From a bacterium (GTDB lineage Bacteria > Zhuqueibacterota > Zhuqueibacteria > Oceanimicrobiales > Oceanimicrobiaceae): a stretch of DNA of 30,111 nt. The position numbers were made by a program, and so were the translations under genes. Location: NCBI GenBank assembly GCA_046757525.1, contig JBHHYI010000032.1, positions 1 to 30,111 of the forward strand. The letters run 5' to 3'. Positions within the stretch are counted from its first letter, which is position 1; each line of letters starts with the position of its first letter. Below the pieces are notes generated by a model, which worked only from the letters and a program-made list of their open reading frames with translations, ran no database searches and was not told where the DNA came from. Positions 26,441 through 30,111 of the stretch are shown here, one piece after another.

Positions 26441-26727
26441 GGCAATCCTACAACTGCTAAGTACGCGACGTCTTACAGCCGCAACTGAATACACTGACCT
26501 GAATAAGTCATAAACCGCAAGGGCTGGGCCGTTGACCTGCCCGTCAAGGGTCGGGCCTTTGACCGAAGCTGGACCAACTCAATTGGTTGACACGGTTTTT
26601 GTTTCAGGGGAGCGTCGGCTTTGGCGTGCGCAAGTCCTGCTTGCGCCTTTGACCCGTTCAAAGCTGAAGCAGGGCTTCAGTGCTGGTTTGTTATATCGCG
26701 ACATGAAGTCTTGTATATGATTGTTTT
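26441..26727 (+). ncRNA. Candidate structured ncRNA (~285 nt; 6S-like end-to-end pairing)
   Basis: The 5' and 3' ends pair (GGCAATC/GATTGTT, TACAA/TTGTA, CGCGA/TCGCG), with inner stems CCTGAA/TTCAGG and AAACCG/CGGTTT and several local hairpins. Has its own promoter and no credible ORF. Confidence 0.6.
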
Positions 26728-26942
26728 ACTGAGAGTCAATGCTTTTTAACAAAACCCGCTGCTTTGTTATCAGTACCCTACGAAGGCATGCTTCTGTGGT
26801 GCATTTTGCTCGCAGTGGATTTAAACATCCGTGCTCGTCCCGCCAGGGAATCCCCTGCGAGCGTAGCCTGTTTGTCGATTGTTTTTGGGCCTTTTAAGCT
26901 TATGTTAACGCGTGAGATATTTGATGGCATTTTCAAACCCTT

Positions 26943-27380
26943 ATGACTTCTAAAATTGGCAGAAATGATCCTTGCCCTTGTGGCAGTGGGAAAAAATATA
27001 AGAAATGCTGCATGGCGTCGCATGAGTCGGAAATCCGGACTCAAGAAGAAATCAACATGCAACAAGAAGCAAAATACATCATTAATTGTGCCCTTCAGAG
27101 TGATGCTCGTTTAGTTCAGCTTGAGAGTTTATTATTTTTCTCTACTCACACAGGCGATGCCTGGCTCCTCGATACCGATGACAATCTTGCTCTTTGTTTG
27201 ATGCAAGATTTTGAAGAGCAAGAGTATGTAATAAATGAAACACTGGAGAATTTTAGTATCGAATGGGAAGCAAGTTATCACATTAAAGGGAATGCTTTTA
27301 TTGTTTGTAAAAAGTCAGGCCAGATAAGAACAATTGTTGGGTATCCAACAAAGGAGATTCTTCGTCTGTCATGCAAATGA
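26943..27380 (+). CDS. SEC-C motif (zinc-binding) domain protein
   Basis: N-terminal '[20 protein letters not shown]' followed by an unknown domain ('[20 protein letters not shown]'). Confidence 0.85.
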   Translation: MTSKIGRNDPCPCGSGKKYKKCCMASHESEIRTQEEINMQQEAKYIINCALQSDARLVQLESLLFFSTHTGDAWLLDTDDNLALCLMQDFEEQEYVINETLENFSIEWEASYHIKGNAFIVCKKSGQIRTIVGYPTKEILRLSCK

Positions 27381-27565
27381 GACAGAAAATGAGTAAAATG
27401 ATTACAATCAACGAGAATGCTCCCCAATTGGGAGACGCCCCGCCCGGCAGAAAATCGGTGCTCGTGTTGGGAAAATAGACATCGAAAGGAAATTTGGTGG
27501 TCGATTAGGGTTTTGTGAAGAGAGGGATTCTTGACACAACCGGTCATTCATTAAGGAGGCTCAAA

Positions 27566-29542
27566 ATGAAAAAAAGGATATTCCCAATTTTAGTGTTGGC
27601 TGTCCTGTTTGCGGCAGCGGTTGGTTGGGCCCAGCCAAAAAAGGATCGCGTCGAGAGAGGCAACCTGATCGTCGAAAACATTCCGGCTATTCCGCAGAGA
27701 ATCGTCGACCGGATGCTGCAATACCAAAATACCCGATCCGCTTTTTTGCAGGATTGGCTTCCTGCGGGCGACGGCCTACTCATCTCCACGCGCTTCGGCG
27801 AAACCACCCAAATCCATTGGGTCAAGAGGCCAGGGGGAACTCGGCAGCAAATCACCTTTTTCAAGGAACCCGTGAGTGGGGCGACCATGAACCCGAAGCT
27901 TTCTAACCCCGGATTCCTGTTCACCAAGGATGTTGGCGGTTCGGAGTTTTACCAGATTTTTTTCTTCGATTTAACTTCGGGTAAATATCGCATGCTGACC
28001 GATGGCAAATCCAGAAATGGTGGCAGCCGCTGGGCCCACAAGGGCGATCGCTTCGCCTTTTATTCCACCAAAAGAAATGGCCGCGATTGGGGCCTGTACG
28101 TCGCGGATGTGAAGGAGCCTGAAAAGGCCGCTCCGGTACTGGAAAGGAAAGGCCTCTGGTTTGTCTTTGAATGGTCGCCGGACGACTCCCAATTGTTGGT
28201 GGGTCACTACGTGTCTGTCAACGAGTCCTACCTGTACACGTTGGATTTGAACAGCCAAGAGCTGACCCAGATCAATCCTGCCAAAGAAAAGATTTCCTAC
28301 GGCGATGCCCAATGGGCCAAAAACGGCGAAGGCATCTATTTTACTTCAGACCAGGGCAGCGAATTCCAGCGCTTGCAATATTACGATCTGAAGACCAGAG
28401 AAAAATCGGTCCTGACCCAGGACATCCCCTGGGATGTCAACAGCTTTGACCTGTCCGAAAACGGTCAGTACCTGGCGTTCGTTGTCAATGCGGACGGCAT
28501 CGGTACTCTTCATCTGTTGAATTTAGAAACTCAAAAGGAGTTGGCGTTGCCCCAACTCCCTGTTGGACAAATCTACGCTCTGAAGTTCAGTCCGGACGCC
28601 AGCAAATTGGGTCTGGTGTTGAACACCCCGCAAACCCCGGGTGATGTTTTTGTGTTCGACATTCCCGACCGGAAGTTAGTCCGGTGGACGTACAGCGAAG
28701 TGGGCGGGCTGCAATCCGACAACTTCGTCGCACCCGAACTCATACACTACCCAACCTTCGACCAGGTGAACGGCAAGCCGCGTCTGATTCCGGCGTTTTA
28801 CTACAAGCCCAAGAACCGGGGCCATGCACCTTTTCCAGTGCTCATTTCAATTCACGGCGGTCCCGAAGGTCAATATCGACCCGGTTTTAGTTCCACGACT
28901 CAGTACTACGTCAACGAGTTGGGCGTAGCGGTCCTGGCTCCAAATGTGCGCGGTTCAGCCGGCTACGGCAAGAGTTATCTCAAATTGGACAACGGGTTCA
29001 AGCGGGAAGAGTCGGTCAAGGACATCGGCAAGCTGCTTGACTGGATTGCCCAACAGCCGGAATTGGACGCCAAACGCGTGGCGGTCATTGGCGGTTCCTA
29101 TGGTGGCTACATGGTGCTGGCCTCCATGACGCACTTCAACGATCGAATTCGGGCCGCGGTCGACATCGTCGGCATCAGCAATTTTGTGACCTTCTTGGAA
29201 AACACCAAAGCCTACCGTCGGGATTTGCGGCGCGCGGAATACGGGGACGAACGCGATCCGAAAATGAGGCAATTCTTGCAGAAAATTTCTCCGACCACCA
29301 ACGCCAACAAGATCACCAGGCCCATGTTTATTGCCCAGGGTCTGAACGATCCGCGCGTACCGGCCAGCGAAAGCGAGCAAATGGTGGAGGTGATTCGCAA
29401 AAACGGCGGTGAGGTCTGGTTCCTGTTGGCTAAAGACGAAGGGCACGGCTTTCGCAAAAAGAGCAATCGCGACTACTACAACAATGTCGTAGCTCTTTTC
29501 CTGGAGAAGTACCTGTTAGGGGAGCAAACGAGTATGAAATAG
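27566..29542 (+). CDS. S9 family (prolyl oligopeptidase / acylaminoacyl) peptidase, secreted
   Basis: ATG at 27566 after AAGGAGG and a signal peptide; beta-propeller; 'IHGGPEGQ', 'PNVRGS.GYG'. Catalytic Ser in GGSYGG, Asp in 'NDPRV', His in 'DEGHGF'. Confidence 0.95.
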   Translation: MKKRIFPILVLAVLFAAAVGWAQPKKDRVERGNLIVENIPAIPQRIVDRMLQYQNTRSAFLQDWLPAGDGLLISTRFGETTQIHWVKRPGGTRQQITFFKEPVSGATMNPKLSNPGFLFTKDVGGSEFYQIFFFDLTSGKYRMLTDGKSRNGGSRWAHKGDRFAFYSTKRNGRDWGLYVADVKEPEKAAPVLERKGLWFVFEWSPDDSQLLVGHYVSVNESYLYTLDLNSQELTQINPAKEKISYGDAQWAKNGEGIYFTSDQGSEFQRLQYYDLKTREKSVLTQDIPWDVNSFDLSENGQYLAFVVNADGIGTLHLLNLETQKELALPQLPVGQIYALKFSPDASKLGLVLNTPQTPGDVFVFDIPDRKLVRWTYSEVGGLQSDNFVAPELIHYPTFDQVNGKPRLIPAFYYKPKNRGHAPFPVLISIHGGPEGQYRPGFSSTTQYYVNELGVAVLAPNVRGSAGYGKSYLKLDNGFKREESVKDIGKLLDWIAQQPELDAKRVAVIGGSYGGYMVLASMTHFNDRIRAAVDIVGISNFVTFLENTKAYRRDLRRAEYGDERDPKMRQFLQKISPTTNANKITRPMFIAQGLNDPRVPASESEQMVEVIRKNGGEVWFLLAKDEGHGFRKKSNRDYYNNVVALFLEKYLLGEQTSMK

Positions 29543-29913
29543 GATTATACCAGACTTTTGCCCAAAGGGAATGTCGCTCTATGGCAGAGCTTGACTTTAC
29601 CCTGAGATTTATTTACTTTGTGGGCAGACTTGCTCTTCGCAATTCAAGTGATTCTGGCTAACTTAAATCTGGTTCCTTCTTGCTCCGAGTTTTTCTAATC
29701 CCATGGTTATTTCTCCTCTTGATCCAATACAAATCTTAACCCAGCAAGCCAGAACCAAACAGGGAATTCATTTGGAACACTCATTGCTTAATCCAAAGTT
29801 TTTGGTAAGTTGAACCCCTATTCTTGTCTGTGTCAAGGTATTGTAATTAAATGAGTTGAAAAAATCTTTATCCAAAAACAAAGATTTGAATTTGAAGCGT
29901 CCAAGTAATCGCG

Positions 29914-30018
29914 ATGATCGGCAAAGCTATTTCTCATTACAAAATCCTCGCAAAGCCCGGCTTCGGCGGCATGGGCGTTGAAGAAAGTCTCAGGCTGAGG
30001 CGAAGGCTAAGGGAATGA
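29914..30018 (+). pseudogene. Ser/Thr protein kinase N-terminal stub 1
   Basis: Translates as MIGKAISHYKILAKPGFGGMGV, then non-kinase EESLRLRRRLRE*. Matches kinase subdomain I only. Confidence 0.7.
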
Positions 30019-30111
30019 TAGGCAAAGAAATCTCACATTATCGTATCATAGAAAAACTCGGCGCCGGCGGCATGCCTTCCTTAGTGAAAAAGTACAATAG
30101 ATTGGTCCTGC
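30015..30111 (+). pseudogene. Ser/Thr protein kinase N-terminal stub 2 (runs off the window)
   Basis: MIGKEISHYRIIEKLGAGGM, then PSLVKKYNRLVL instead of GxVY. Start overlaps the stub-1 stop (ATGA). Confidence 0.6.

Noticed and set aside
26473..26946. Short ORFs (60-62 aa) between ssrA and the SEC-C gene
   Set aside because: No RBS or protein-like motifs; the region is better explained by RNA structure.
26943..27010. SEC-C motif as a secA fragment or as the missing tail of the DUF1186-like gene
   Set aside because: SEC-C is a mobile motif found on many unrelated proteins. There is no SecA ATPase sequence, and the DUF1186-like gene is ~15 kb away.
1..30111. CRISPR array, tRNA, rRNA or transposase
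   Set aside because: No regularly spaced direct repeats and no transposase motifs; the only tRNA-like arm belongs to tmRNA.

Overview
Bacterial chromosomal window from a diderm organism. The tmRNA tag (ADNYAYALAA) and the 'MIGKxISHYxIxxKxGxGGM' kinase heads suggest an FCB-group lineage such as KSB1/Calditrichota/Ignavibacteria; this is inference only. Left to right: (1) a deoxynucleoside kinase. (2) A ~9 kb minus-strand operon resembling the Agl-Glt gliding/envelope-motor core: outer-membrane barrel, a TPR gene split at an A11 tract, a large TPR protein, GltF-like, ExbB/TolQ, two ExbD/TolR and an FHA-TonB_C GltG-like protein. (3) A PAP2 phosphatase, two hypotheticals (one DUF1186-like) and a FecR-like fragment. 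(4) tamA-tamB. (5) An uncharacterised candidate copper/haem locus: a CxxC...RPP leader ORF whose last codons form an anti-SD, a secreted His/Met-rich unknown protein, and a cupredoxin-dihaem cytochrome c fusion. (6) egtD co-transcribed with a betaine/ergothioneine-type ABC importer. (7) tmRNA, with a divergent ~285-nt highly structured candidate ncRNA. (8) A SEC-C protein and an S9 peptidase. (9) Two tandem Ser/Thr-kinase N-terminal stubs that break at the same Gly-loop motif at the window end. No integrase, transposase or CRISPR array was seen.
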